This document shows positions 36,601 to 50,260 of a stretch of DNA of 64,000 nucleotides, piece by piece. The notes beneath the pieces are model-generated. The model did no database searches. It saw nothing but the letters and a program-made list of their open reading frames with translations, and was not told where the DNA came from. Source of the stretch: Anthoceros angustus (taxonomy: Eukaryota > Plantae > Anthocerotophyta); assembly GCA_010909165.1 (NCBI GenBank), contig VJWM01000044.1, positions 682,001-746,000 of the forward strand, in the 5' to 3' direction. How positions within the stretch are numbered: position 1 is the first letter of the stretch; every line of letters begins with the position of its first letter. Both the position numbers and the translations under genes were made by a program.

Positions 36601-37077
36601 CAGCAACCCTGTCCCTCTGCTCCAATCTTCAACCGAAACTGCTAGACTCGAAGCACAGGATTCCGACAGCACAAAAGGAAGGAGGCGAAGGAATTCATCC
36701 AGAAGCTTACCCGTCTCAACGTCTGTATCAGGCCCCTCAAAAGTCTGATTCTCAAATATAGGAGGCGAGACACTTTCATAGTGACCATATTTAACTTCAT
36801 CTTTCAACCAATCAGCCTTGAAGCACTGGACCAACTCCCGCAGATGAGGCCATTGCTCCAGGTTCCCATTTAGCTTCACCCGAGGAAATGACAACGCCGT
36901 CAGCTAAGGGTCCCGACATTCCATGCTACAACACTGACCCAGTGATTAGAATGATAACGAAACACAATCCACAGTTTCAATGATGAGACTGACCAAGGGG
37001 TCAAGGCTAAGGCCAGGCGCGGAGAAAGGATGTGGAACGCGTCTAAATCGCTGCGTGCTCAACACTGCTTCCGCCAT
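27696..37077 (-). CDS. SPK1: DOCK-family Rho (ROP) guanine nucleotide exchange factor SPIKE1, multi-exon
   Basis: N-terminus MAEAVLSTQRFRRVPHP...LDPL|LNGNLEQWPHLRELVQC; PYREPFAW; VYPLSVHLSKKRNLFIRVELRKDD; QFHDEFKVQLP (DHR-1); YYRVGFYG, FLFDTPFTK, QWKRRT and LQRILQGSVAVQVNSG (DHR-2); ends YIPAILSEL*. Not every exon frame was checked. Confidence 0.96.
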
Positions 37078-40000
37078 ATCCTGCAGGAAAAGCAGAAAAA
37101 AAGATTCACGTCAATCCGCACGGTAGATTCACCTCTATTGCTGCAGCCATTTGTTGTCTCCACTCAAAATCTCATCCAGCTTACGAGGCATATCCAAGAG
37201 AGAAATGTTCCAAGCAACATTGTTGCTCAACCACACGGAGAAGGATGCACGCAACGTTGTAAAGCTACGCGGACCACCTACAACGGTCACTACGTCCGTA
37301 CCTCTGAAAGCCTATCGACAGTCTAAACGATTCCCCGATAGCTAGTACATACCATACGGTAAGGGATGTACGCTTGCGGCCTGGTATGAGCAAATTCGAG
37401 CATCGATGTGCGTCACCGCATCGAGGTTGAGCAAGGGGAGGCGCAAAGGGAGTGTGAGTACGTACTTCAAGAAACCGATACGGCTGAGTAGACTCGCTAC
37501 GACAACATTTGCAAATGTTCTGCCGCTGGCAGAAGAGCAAACAGCTCCACCTCCAACTCCAGCTCCTGCTCCTGCTCCTGAACGACGTCTGAAAGCTCTA
37601 CAGCCCGAACATGTTTCCAGCTTCAGCATATACTGGGACACCTCGCATTGCCAGCGAGGGGCCTTAATTTGCAGCTCCCTTGTATACCCAAGAAGACGCC
37701 AGCCATGGCCCAAAACCTCGACCTTGACCTCCAGAGAACCACTACATTTTCCTGGAGCAAGCTCCCACACGGCTCCAATCGCAGGGAGATGCACAGCAAT
37801 GCAACAGTGCTCAAACCCTAACACCCGCTGGTTGCGCTGGCTGGTCCTGGGACAAACAGGAGCTGGCCGAAATTCCCCGGCCTTCGTTCCCCTTGATATA
37901 ATGCCGCTCCTCCTTCACACGCGCCTGCAGCAAACCAGATCGCTCCTGAAGAAGCTACAGGGAAGGCAAGATCAGGAGAACGGAGTTCCCTGCCAGAACA
38001 ATTGACGAACAGGCAATGCCGGCTACCGAGCTCCGGCGGCCTCCACATTCAGGGTCGGGAGAGCATGAAGACAGCATTCAGCTTGGACACGGACGCAGCG
38101 CAGCGCAGGCAGCAAACAGATGCTGGGGCATCTGTCTGGACGTCCACACAATCCACCACCTCTCTCTTCCTGCTCTGACCAAGCTGCGGGAATCAGGATG
38201 ACAGCGTCTACGCAGGAGCCATCACAGAGAGCAAACAGGCTGATGAAACAGCACAGCACAGCAAGAACAGCACAGCAAAGAACAGCACGGCAAGGAGCAG
38301 AGCACGGAGGGCAGCGGAGCCCCTTTGTGTCAGGCATCAACCTGCTGCACACTTGCCATACTGCATTCAAAGCTGCTGTTGCGCGCAAAAGAAAGGGAAA
38401 AGACAACCGATAGCGGATATGGCAGCAGCAGCGGCAGCAGGAGCAGGCTGCAGAGGCAACCAGCAACCTGCAACCTGCGACCAGCTTCTTTCTTCTCTCT
38501 TTGTTGGTTTGAGCAGCTCTCACATGTGCCATTTCCCCTCTTTCAGGAGCAGGCCGCCTCCATCCTCGGCACCTAGTACAACCAGTGCCTCTGCCATGGA
38601 TCCACAGTTAAAAAGCTTCCAAGTTTCTACCCGCCTCCAGCGGGCAGTAAAATCCGGCTGGCACTAGAGGACACACCCGTGGCTCCGATGCCGTGCGCAC
38701 CTCCCCGCAGCTGGCGGATGGAGCAGCGAACTGCAGGCTGCCAGGTTCAAATCACAATCCAGCCCAGAAGAAAGATGCGACTCCTAACAAAATGCGTTGG
38801 GACTGATTGTGATCATGTGCCTCCTTCCCGAAATCGATGCCATGCAGCCCAGGAGCAAAAAATCGTTACTTAGAGTGTGTGTCGGCCTCAACAGATGTTT
38901 CTACATCACCATGACCAGGCATGTACATATGCATGCATATCTGTAGCAGTACGTTCATCACAGGAGAAACTGGGCTCTGATGAGCAGACAGAGCACGGCA
39001 GGGGCCGCAGGGGTGTCCTGAAGAGCAGCTGTTATGGGTGATGGCGAAGCACCCAGCCATCATCTCCAGGACGTCAGTGCCATCGTTGCTGGCGGACAGC
39101 ATCGTGTTGACACATCTATGAACATATGTATGTACATCTTGTTGTACTTATGCATCAATGCTGCTGTCCAGCGATGCACACATATCGCTCTCTCGACTTC
39201 ACCTGAGGCGGATTGCATGATGCATGGGAATGGAGAGTTGATATTTGAAGGACGGCGAGTTATCAAGACATGACGGCTTAGTCAAAGCTGTGAGAGGAGA
39301 GTTTAATGCCCCGCACTTCCTCATCACAGCCTGCACTCACTTCGAGGCAGCCTCGAATCTCGGTCTGATGAGACTGTGGCCTTCTTGCACGCTACCTTGG
39401 ACAATTCCCGGTCAATCTGCCTCACATCATTTTCCTCTATCCACTGTCCAGTTCTAGCTTTCTGCAAGCGCTAGACGTTCATTTTGTTGATCAGCCTTTC
39501 AGTTTCCGAATAACTGGGTTAAATAATAACCCATATCGTTCACAAAATGTTGCGTAACCACGCGGCGCGTCCAAATGTTCTCGCACTTCGAGAAGCCCTG
39601 AATCCGCGACCAGGAGGGCCGCCGGCGCCCACGCTACTCATTGCAGGGCAGGACACACAGGATGTGCCGTTGCCGTTTCCTCGAGGCGGCAAACGTTACT
39701 CACGCTTACAGGATGCAAAGTTGCAGGTTACCCGAATAATCTCGTTCAAACTTAGTCGGCAAAGGCACCTGCAAATATCAACACTGTTCACAAGCAGACT
39801 CAGTCCCATGTGAGGAGCTGGGCCTCCGAGCGGGTGACAGTGCGAGCCGATCCGCCGATATGTATGTCGGAAGAGAGTGACGTCAAGGCCCGATTTTTTC
39901 TGCATACAAACCGCAACGGTGCATTAAACTGGAGATAACCGGCTGTGGGCTGCTTACTTGCGTAATTACAACAAATAGCCGGACAGGTGCAAGTGTGTAA

Positions 40001-41699
40001 AGAGAAGGCGGAGGAAAGGACGGCCGGCCCTGGGCCCAATGAGAGGGTCAGCGGCTGCTGCGCTGACAGAAGGTAGGCAGAGACTGTCCCTAACCAGGCG
40101 TGTCCTTTTACAGCCCCCCTTCACATGTGTGCAACCGCTTCGCACCAAAGTCACATGCTATTTTATGGCTATAGAGGAGTCGCACATACATATACCGTAC
40201 CCCGAGGGGTGGTTCAACAGGATAATATCGAAATAATTATTTTTTGAAAAAATTAAGGTTTAATATAAGTTTTTATACACTGGATATTTTAAGTGTAGTA
40301 ATTTTAGATTTTTTACTTTTACTAATTTTAATTTATTAATGTTGAATCATCCTTTGAGGTAAGGTAATATACTTGAGGAGTGTATTGAAGTGGTCATACA
40401 TATGGATGCCTTTTAGAGGTACATATACAAAAGCCAACTACATTGTTGAAATTGTGGGACGGTGGACGATTGGCCCCCCTCGCACTCGTGCCTTTGGTCC
40501 GGTTAGTCTACGTCTATCTCATTCGTTTAGCTCATGGCCGTCATTTTGGTTTGCTGGGTACCATGCTTTGTTGTAGTCAAGATACATCTACTAGTAGCCA
40601 TTGGTCTAATCTAGAAGTAAGAGTGCGGAGACTTTATAGATATGCTAAGATGGGAAGTCTCATTTGCACTCAGGGAGTGGGGAAGAACCCACTACAGGAC
40701 CCTAGGCCAAGAGCGATTAGTACCCGCAATTGTTTATCTTGAAGCTATCTACAACTAGATGTAGATAGATTATCTAGCTGTAGATAGTTTCAAGATAATC
40801 TATTGATCACTATAGATCCAGACTAGGACATCTATGACATTCTCGTTGACGGTATCCCGAGCAAGGTCTGTTACAACCGAGATCATCTACAATAGAGATC
40901 TAGTATCTTCCCATCGAAAATAAATCAGCCCTAGAGAAATGCCATTGAGCAATGTATATGGCGCTCCTTAAAAAGAAAAATCCCCTCTCTTTGGCCATTA
41001 AGAACATATGGGACGACGTGGTGTGTTACGATACATTGTCCGCCAATGGGACAGCAAGCTAGGTGAGTTGTAGCGTCGTCCACGAGGGCACCCACCTCGT
41101 CTAAGGAGAAGGTTTTGCTTGCACAGTCTATCCCCAGACATCTCTGATGTCAAAGAAGGCTGCCAGGCTCAACAGCTGAAAGTGCCAGCACCACATCCAA
41201 TACAGGCATTTCAAGCTCAGGGGGCAATCCAGCCATGAACCACAGTTCACGAGGGACTGGCAGGACAAACTGTCTCCTGGAGCTCGAATGTAATCTCACA
41301 GTCTTCGACAAAAGCTGGCGATATGACTTACCATGGGAGAGTTTTTCTGCAACACTCGGCCTGTTCAAAGCTCTCCAAAGATGTATGCAGCCTCTTCCTG
41401 CTGTGAATACTCTGGTCCTGCTCCTTGCTGCTGCTATGGTGGGCAGAACGCCTTTAATCAAGACCAGTGGGCAGGGGACGAGTGCAATGGCAAGCACCAT
41501 TTTCCCAGCTAATAGATAGGGTTGAGTAGTCATATTCAGACTTCAGTAGTGCTAAACTTCAGCCGTCCGACAAGAGGAGGAATTTTCTGCAGCCCCCAAG
41601 AACTGCTGCCTACAATTGTATAGCTCGATTACTAACAGAAATGGCCCACCCCGCCTGAATGTTTTTGACCTTGCCACAACCTAGGCGACACAGCAACAG

Positions 41700-41965
41700 A
41701 AACAGGCGAGGATCGACCAGCTTCCCTGGTTGGCCACATTCCAATTCAATCACATTCTTTGTGTTCATGCAGCCTGTCAAAAACCTGGCATGGATCTCTC
41801 ATTTCACCACATTTTGCATACCCAGGTATCAGGGCTTTCCATGCCACCACATCTTTGTAGCCATGCTGTCAAAAACCTGGCGTGTATGTTTTGGTTCACC
41901 ACATTTTGCATACCCAGCTATCAAGGCATTCCATGTCACCACATAACGTGCTCTCGGTGCATGGC
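41700..41965 (-). pseudogene. PLS-class PPR fragment (two to three short motifs), frameshifted and truncated
   Basis: Reads VVTWNALIAGYAKCGEPKHTRQVFDSM, then VVAWKALIPGYAKCGEMRDPCQVFDRL after a frame break; about 93-bp nucleotide period. Confidence 0.85.
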
Positions 41966-41994
41966 AGGCAACCAAGGTACATTGAACTGCGTGA

Positions 41995-42555
41995 TGGTGT
42001 ATGGTCACACCTGAAGGAGACTGCAGATGGTATTTGAATGAAAAGAACACATTATGGTTTCGAAGTTTTCGTGAGGAGCTGATATGTTCAGTATGCTCAG
42101 AATGCTCATCTTCTCCGGATATCCTGATCGGGAGCGTTTGTCCACGGTGATATGTTCCAGCAGCTCGTTGTTTTGGTTTCAAGACACATTTCCTTGACCA
42201 TGCTGAACGAGCTTCTTCTGAGCCCTGGTATGACCCCACCACGTCCACCCCTCTTTCTCACTTCCACTTGTCCCCACGTCCACATGTCGCACGACGCACA
42301 TCACCAGTCTTCCGCGCTCTCATTGGACCCCTGCCCCGAGCGGTCGCTCACAGCGGTTTCACAGGGCAGGCATGTGCTCACGTGGCAGGAAGCCCAAGTC
42401 CTTTGTAAGTTTGTATGACCACACCTGAAGGAGAGTGCAGACGGGGTTTTAATGGCCACCTAGAAAACAGAACACGTCATGGTTTCGAATTTTTGGTCAG
42501 GAGCTGTAATGTTCAATATGCAGCAGCACTTCACTCAAGCGTTTGTCACATTCCG
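41995..42555. repeat. Diverged direct repeat pair (about 41995-42150 and 42415-42555) downstream of the SABATH gene
   Basis: cacacctgaaggaga(c/g)tgcaga..agaacac.t.atggtttcgaa.ttt..g..aggagctg..atgttca.tatgc..agcgtttgtc present twice. Confidence 0.75.
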
Positions 42556-42696
42556 ACCATCTGTCTACGTCACCTTGGCAGGTTGTGCATCATGCCCGAA
42601 ATCTCTCACCCAAGGACATAGAAAACCAAAATGATAATGCCAGGGGTGGAAGTTCCATGGAAGAATACGCCTGGTAGATTTTGTAGAACCCGTGCG

Positions 42697-43918
42697 CTAC
42701 CGGCGCACCAAGATGGCCATATTCATGCACAGTCTCAAGGAGCTATACTTGTCGTAGTCTTTGGTGAGAATCACCTCGTAGTGCTGGGTCACAATCTGAG
42801 AGAGCTCTGCACCGATGTGGTCATAATGAATCTTGAGAACAGGGCCCTCCCGCTGTGAACTACCCTCCTTCCTAATGCTTCCCTCGTTGGCCATATTCGC
42901 TTCTTTTCTTCCGCGGGGAAGTCTGGCGTCATAATCGTGTCCAGCAGATGACTGTCGAAATCCCCCGATTCCTTCACAGCGCTCCTCACTTCCCCCACAC
43001 TTCTAGAGTATACTGGAATGTTGAACAAATCCAGCTTCTCTTGATCCAACACGCCCTGATTGAGAACGACCACGTGACAGTTGGCTACCGGCTTTGAATT
43101 CCAGCTTTTCGCAGGCAGGAAACTAGAAATGCGTCAGGGTAATCAGCAGACTACCTCGGAAACGAGTTCCCGGAAGGCGTGTTGAAGCGGTACCCCTGTC
43201 TCATTCAGACCTTGGCATTCTTCCAATCCGTCATCCAGAAGGCCGCGCCCGCTCCTAACACGGTCTTTATCCAACCTGCAGCAGAACATGAGAACCAAGA
43301 CTCTGCCGGCAACAAGCTCTTGAGCTCGGATGTGCAGAAACTTCTTCAAGTCCGCAGCGGACTGCTGAGCTATTACACCACGCACTTTTCAACGTGTTCC
43401 ATCCTGTCAGATCCTGTTCTCGTTGAGAATCGGAGCCGCCGTGATACAGAGGCGGCAATTCTCGGAACAAAATGTTGAAATCGTTGGACGGCAAGTCGGT
43501 GGAGAACACCTCCACATCCGGCATTTCCACATTCTGAGCTGCGTATTTGGACTTCACCATATCCAAAATGCACTTCACCGCATTCAAAGTGTTGCTGCCC
43601 GTAGCGCATCCAAGATCCACCAGCCTGAAAGATGGAACACCAAACGCGGGAGCGGGCATTTCTGGCAACTCCCTGAACGCTTGTACAGCACGGCCTCACA
43701 ACAATTCCACATCACCGCCTGATTGACCGAGTTCTTGAAGTAGTTGGTGTCCCCGTTGCCCCAGACGTGCTGGATTTGGCAACATTGCTGGCCTCGCTCT
43801 TGAGAATATTCACCTGTTCCTGGATTGTCATGTTGAATGACAATGCATGGCCTCAGGAGCGCGATTCTATCCCTGCTGGATTATTTGCATCCATGGAACC
43901 TTGATGGACCTGCTGCAT
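42697..43918 (-). pseudogene. SABATH-family carboxyl methyltransferase pseudogene
   Basis: GNGDTNYFKNS..Q, FRLVDLGCATGSNTL, VFSTDLPSNDFNILFRELP, QQSAADLKKFLHIRAQELVAG, LDLFNIPVY and GP.LKIH. The conserved GSFY.RLFP..LHWLS segment is missing and there are several frame breaks. Confidence 0.85.
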
Positions 43919-44419
43919 GCACATGGTTTGCGGAGAGATATCATTGACTCGACCACCCTGAGATCACAAAAAATATATTTAACACACTCCGTGCAAGATC
44001 CCTTTCTTGCCCGAGCTGTGGTATGAAGCTAGGGAGCTTTGCGCCTGGAGCCCAAAGACCTTGGGCCTTGGGCTGTTTGTGCTTTGTGTGAGAACGAGAG
44101 CCTACAGTACCTTGAAAAAAACCACGTTATGATAATGGTCAGGCACTGCTTCCCGGAGGGGACGTCAGTCACCCTGGTGGTGTAGAAAGTTCCAGGAGAT
44201 GGTGTGGGAGTTCTAGTAGATGAGCATATCGTGCCTGTGGGGTGTAGCTTGTGACGGGAACCATGATAGGTATTCGGAATCATAAGTGTGGTTCCACAAA
44301 ATATCCGACAAATGTGTCGAGACAGCCCTGACCTTCTGCAACGAATTCACAAGTCTGTCAACAGGTCCACTAACATATTTGCCTGCCTAAAAGCCCGTGT
44401 ACAGGAAGCACAGAGAGCC

Positions 44420-47400
44420 TCAAACCCTGGATGCTGGTCTGGCAGAAGCTTCAGGTGCAAGCCTCAGCGCTTCTGATGCAACACTTGCCTCAGCTACCAA
44501 GGCTGCAGGAAGCCTCCCTTGTAGACACGGATTGATGTTCAGAGGAGCAAGCCAGGACCCGTTGAAAATCAAGTTCACTCCAGGGAGCGGTACATCCCCG
44601 CTGTCATCCTCCAGCCCATTGGCCTTGTGACCAGGAGTCGGCGGACTGTTATCCATGATTAGTCGTTGATTAGCTTCGTACACTGGGTACTGAGACTTTG
44701 ACGACCTGCATCCATAGAAACCACAGACGTTCTTGAATGTTCCAATGCACCAGAGAGCAACGCTAACGACGCTTCCCAACTGCATACTTGAAAGATGAGT
44801 TAGTGCAACAGACCTTGGAATATCTCCATCGAAACTCATGACCTCAAACCGTCGACGCTGCCGTTCTACGCGGCTAAGCTTAGACGACATAACAGGGGAG
44901 AGCGGTGTTGAGGGCTCCTCACTGGGTAAGAACCATCTTCCACTACCGTGACTTGTCAGCTCCGGTGCTCCTGTTGTGTGAAGTTTCTCACCACCATATG
45001 TGATTCTTGGAACCACACCAGTCGCTTGATGATCTGCAATAAATTCTTGCAGCTGCTTTCTCAAAAGTAGCATCTGCTCACGGTGTCTCAATACGGATAC
45101 AGGATGGAAGACACGATGCTGAACGGCTGCTTCACAAACACGCTGACATAGATCTGTGTCAAAAAGAGGGACACCAAACTCCACACCCTGTGGAACCCAC
45201 ACATAGTCACTGTCATCTGCCTCGTTTACTGGACCTTCATATCCTTGGGTAGATGTGCACATGCGCAAGAAGGTCATATATCCGACAGACTGCACATGAA
45301 GTTCGCTTGCTGCCTGAATGATAGAGGGATGTGGATAAAAGCTGTCTTTCGCATTATTGTCTCCCTCTGCTTGCTCATCCATTGGTAAAGCAACATCTTT
45401 TGTGACAATTCCCTCCTTGTCATCAAGGGAATCACGGTGAAAGGGTTGCACGAAAACAGCCGAATGCCTCAGAAGAGAATTCAAACAATGCAGCAAAATC
45501 TGACCAGCCACCACCGTCCCTTCGAACTTCCCTCCTATCCCGTTCACTACTGTGCCATCCCATGACCATACCAGAGCCTTGGTGCAACCAGACAACGGAG
45601 GAGGAAGCAACCGCAGCCGAAGCCCCCTTATTAAAGCAACTGAAACAGGTCCAGACCCAGCAACATGGTAGAGAAGAAGGCGCATCCATGGACTTACAGC
45701 AGCACGAGAGGGGGGGCCAAAGTGGACAGGACCTTCACCGTCTGCTGACACAAAAGGTGGTGGAGACGTTAAAGGGATCATTGAGACCACAACACTGTAA
45801 TCTCGGCGGAACACTCTTTGCAGTGTGGCAGGTGTGAGCCCAGCAAGGCTCTCACAACGGACCACATCTACACGATACTTCCTACCCTTCCGGGTCCGTG
45901 GCTTACTCTGAAGAGTACTGTCACTTACACTGGGGGAGCTTGCAACTTGAGCTCCGTCATCCATGTCCAGGATGCTGTCGGTCCTTGTCTTGGTACCATT
46001 TATATTGTGGACTCCATTCTGCCCGCTGATAGATCCAGCCTGATCTTGTTGTCCATTCACTGTATGAGATTCAGCACTATCCACAACTCTCGAAGACATC
46101 CCCAGTAAGCTGTCAGCAGTCATGAACAAGCCAGTGGGCACCACATCGCCTGATTTTCTACCCTGTGAAGAATTATCCAACAAAGACACTACGCTGAATT
46201 GCTCATCAGCTGAGGAAAGACTCCTATCAGCATCTGAGACATACTCCTTGGCTGCCAGCTCAGCAGAATCAACGATGTCCCCTTCGGAAGTAGGATCAAT
46301 CCCACCAGATCGAAGACATTCTAAAGCAAGACGCAGGCTAAACGCATGATCTGCAAATTGCTGTATCTCACCCTCAAATTTAGTGCCTTCTACTTTTCGT
46401 AGATCTTCACACATGTCAGCCACACTCGAATCTCCAAGCTTTCCAGCTTCATAAAGTGTAACAGCATGTGCCTTCAGCCCTGAGACAACAGGAAAACTGA
46501 ATGAAGAGGCAGAGATAGCACCAAAACCCTCTGAAAGCCGTAGGGGAGCAAATCATGCACAGAGGCCTGTGAACTTACCTGGTGATAAAGACCCCATCAT
46601 CAAATACGATGTGAGGCTGGCGTCCACCATAAAAGCCATTCTTGCTGATGATGGAGCTTTTGTAATTTCTCCAATGGAAGCGTCTTGAGGCTCAGGTCCA
46701 TCCCACAATGGACTTACTCCTCGGGGACTTCCTAAGCTGAGAAAATCATCTCCACTGCCATCACTGGTCGGAGAACCAGGCGAGCTCCGAAGTAGCTCCG
46801 TTGGGTCTAAAACCTTCTTGGCCCAGCCCAACCGGGCTGCCAATGATACAGCAGCCTCCAGCTGTGATTGATTTGCCTGTAAAGTCGCACCCAGCTCAGC
46901 AATGGTGACATGCTCGCTGGAAGCCACAAAAACAGCGTACAAGAGCCTGGGAAGCAGAGGATCCCAGCCATCAGGTTATCTGGCGGCATTGCAAGACTGA
47001 CACCCAACTACTAAGAGTAGCACTTCAGGTCTAACACCTTCTAATAGAACAGGTATGCGCCAACCATGACTCACTCTTCTGTTGGATCTTCATATGATTG
47101 CTCTCTATTTGAAACAAAACCTTCCAAGGTAGAGACTGCAACAGGCAAAGGAATTTATCAGACCGCTAAAAATCAGGTCAGGCTTAATACTGTCTTTAGG
47201 CAGCGTCTGCACTGTATGTGCCTGATTAGACCTGTCCTCAGATGTGTTTCCTATGCAATCAACAGATGTAGACATGTGTGATTCATTTCAAATAACCGGT
47301 GAGGAGCTTACCTTGAAAGTGATCATCTGGGAAAACAGGCACGTCAAGATATATCAAGCCCCTCCGATAAAGGACACGCAATACATTTATGTCAAATTCT

Positions 47401-48752
47401 CCGACCAGATTGACTTCTTCATTGCAGACCTTGTCAATTACAAGCATTTCGTCTTCTGACAGTTTCTACAGAGGAACACGTGTTATCCAATCGCATGCAG
47501 CATGCTGATCTGTTGATACAAATTTAACTAAGTTCACAGAAGCAATGAAAATGATAAAACTGAGTGAAATGAAATCCTCACCCGAAACTCCTCCAATGAG
47601 AGATTCACAACACAAACTGTCCACCATGGTTCAATAGGGAAGTCCACCGGTTGAGTGGGCAACATGTCCTTCACAATAGACTTGTTAAGCTTCCACATCA
47701 GCTTCTGCATAACACAACAAAGGGCAAGTTGTAGAGTCATTACGATACAAAAGAGACTAAAATCGCTGGCACTGATTTACATTAGGAGCCAACATGTAAC
47801 CCATATGCCCAAAGCTCTACGGTATACACATGGTTGAAGCTGGGAACTTTACCTTGGACCTGCACTTGTTCATAATGGCAATAAATTCATTTCGTCCTAT
47901 CCCCACAACTCGAAGAGCATCAGCAGCACTGAAATTAGGAATGGCATCATATGGGCGCTCTGAAGCAAAGCCACATACATGTTAGGATCCATTTGCAGGA
48001 TCTGCACATCACCGCGTCTCCTTCTATAGTAACTACTAATGGAACAACTTTGAGATCATAGTCTTTTGCAATGAAGAGATTCCTACCATTCTTCATCACC
48101 TCGTGGAGCATGTCACAGTAGTAGCGAAACGGAGATACCCGCAAAATGCGACATATGTTTTCTGAGAGATGGTAAGGAAAGAGCTGTCACAAGCCAAGGT
48201 TCCAACAACAACGTCCTGAGATAGAGAAACCTCTACAGTTCTACTGGCACAAAGTGTCCAGCACACCTTTCACACAAGTGCATCCAAGAAGCAAAACTCT
48301 TGTATCATTCTTGTAGTAAGTCAGCCTCCTGTTACAGCGCAAGCATTTGGAAACTTAGTGTCAAGCAGCTCCATTTACATGGTGCTGCCAGATGAATGAG
48401 ACACGTCATGCAGCACCTTGTGTTAGAAGGAAATACCGCTAGATTCTTCCGCAGGTAACGCATCATATCTTCATAATATTCATTTTCCTTACATGCATTC
48501 CTAGCATGGCACTCGTTCCATTTCAGCCGCTTCTTGATGCAGTACTCCTTTACTCTGTAAAGAGGAACCTTAGTAAACGACAGCAAGAGAACATAGCGAA
48601 GTAATTGACACAGCTGAAACCTACTTCTTGTTCCAATCTTCGCTTGTAGGGAGGAATAACTTGAGTCGCTTTGGCAGTCTCTCCCATGATAACTCTTCCT
48701 CAATTGCCTTCACGATCATCTGCTCCTCCACGTTCGTCGGTAGGCGCTGCAT
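44420..48752 (-). CDS. FAM91A1-family protein, multi-exon
   Basis: Starts [31 protein letters not shown]; [89 protein letters not shown] and HFGPP; ends at TGA 44420. Confidence 0.92.
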
Positions 48753-49502
48753 CTTGCCAACTTCCCTTCGCTGGGTGCTCCTGTATTCAACCAAGGGAAA
48801 GGAGAAGATTGAAGCTCCCCAGTAGACCGAACAGGCGAGGATTGCAGCAACTAATCACGGCGGTTCCACAATCCCAAATCACCCACCAAGCCAGAAATGT
48901 GACTCACAATGAATCGGCCAAGAGAACGTGCCGCTCTACTGCCCTGCCTTGCTGTCATCAAATGCAAATGAATTCGAATGCCCTGCCACGTCCAGAATGC
49001 CCTTCCAGGCGATGCGAATGCTCATCACCAAAAATCGCACAGAATTTGACACCTGTGGCGCGAGAGCTCAAGACCTCTTCTGACCAGCTCCGAGCTGCTC
49101 CGAACCCTACGCTCCTGCCCAGGACCATGAACCCAGCTGCTCAATCGTGCAATGAGGATCTGAACCGGGCAAATGGAGGGTTCGACCGTCCGGAGCCTGC
49201 ATCCACACCAATTTCAGTGCGTGAGTCGTGACGGCTGAAAACCAAGTTTGAGCCGTTAAGATTACCGTTTTCGTGTTTATTTTCGTGTAATTCGCATATG
49301 AAAATCAGTGTAGATTTGCGCATAATAGGGCGAGTCATTGTTGAGATACGACGCCTATTACATACGCCGTATTTGTGTGTGGGAGGGTTTTCAGTGTTAA
49401 ATACAATGCGCCGTATCAGACCAAGCCACATCAGCCTATTAACTTTCGTAACGATGAGTATGAGCAATCGTGCGCGGTGGCCGGTGACCCCGGCGGCTCA
49501 AT

Positions 49503-49580
49503 TGGTAGGAGCACGGCCTGGGCGAGCAAGGCGGTAGTGCATAGTGGTAGGAGCACGGCATGGGCGAGCGAAGGCGGTAG
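49503..49580. repeat. Direct repeat, 42-bp period, two copies
   Basis: tggtaggagcacggc(c/a)tgggcgagc(g)aaggcggtag at 49503 and 49545. Confidence 0.85.
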
Positions 49581-49769
49581 GGCACCCGGTGTAATTGATC
49601 GACCATCCATTGTCACCTTATCGGTAGGTTCAACTTCTAATTAGCCAGGTTTTTGGTCTCACTTTCTTTATCAATGCCAGCATGGAGAGCACTATAGCTT
49701 CTATATGTTCATCACAAGGCAAAAAAATTGTCAGGATAAAGGGGATGTCCTTGGTAGACTTTGATACTA

Positions 49770-50260
49770 TTGCGCTACAATGCGCTTGTCGACATCACAC
49801 ACAACCTGAAGGTTTAGTGAATACCTTTGTTTTCGATCAAAATATTGGTCACCAGCAATGCCAGGTTTTTGTGAAAGAGGCAACGGTGTTCCATCAATGA
49901 AGCCAACGCAGCCTTTTGCACTCATGAAGTCCTACACTAAGCTTGGATCTTCTAATTGAATTTGGCCACAATATCCACTCATGTCTTAGGTCCAGCAATG
50001 GCGTGATTACTCTTTTGGTCCACTGAACAACAGTGCCATGGCCTACATGAAAGAGCTGGCATGTCTTACCAATGCTTGCTCCATTGCTTGCAGCACCCAA
50101 CTTGCATAATGTCACTATTAGCTGTCAAGCAACTTGACTTTGGGAACAATTGGAGTTGTTGAAGAACACTTGGTTGTGACATAGAATATTCCAGAGTGAT
50201 GTGAATCCCCTGTGTGAAGTACGAAGTAGCTGCTTAAACTCATCTAGATGCATATTAGAT
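49770..50260 (-). mobile_element. PIF/Harbinger DDE transposase remnant (pseudogenised)
   Basis: Translates as FKQLLRTS..F..L..IL.HNQVFFNNSN.SQ.QVA*QLIVTLCKLG..SNGAS..F.VG.GTVVQWTKRV..WP, then after a frameshift GCVGFIDGTPLPLSQKPG..YFDRKQRYSLNLQVVCD. In-frame TGA at 50125-50127. Confidence 0.9.

Noticed and set aside
37342-40240. Many 60-200-aa ORFs upstream of SPK1
   Set aside because: No motifs or consistent exon chain; more likely 5' UTR, introns or intergenic DNA. A small spliced gene cannot be excluded without RNA data.
44700-44815. Apparent extra insertion in the 667-aa FAM91A1 ORF
   Set aside because: A stop-free in-frame GT-AG intron read through by the ORF finder.
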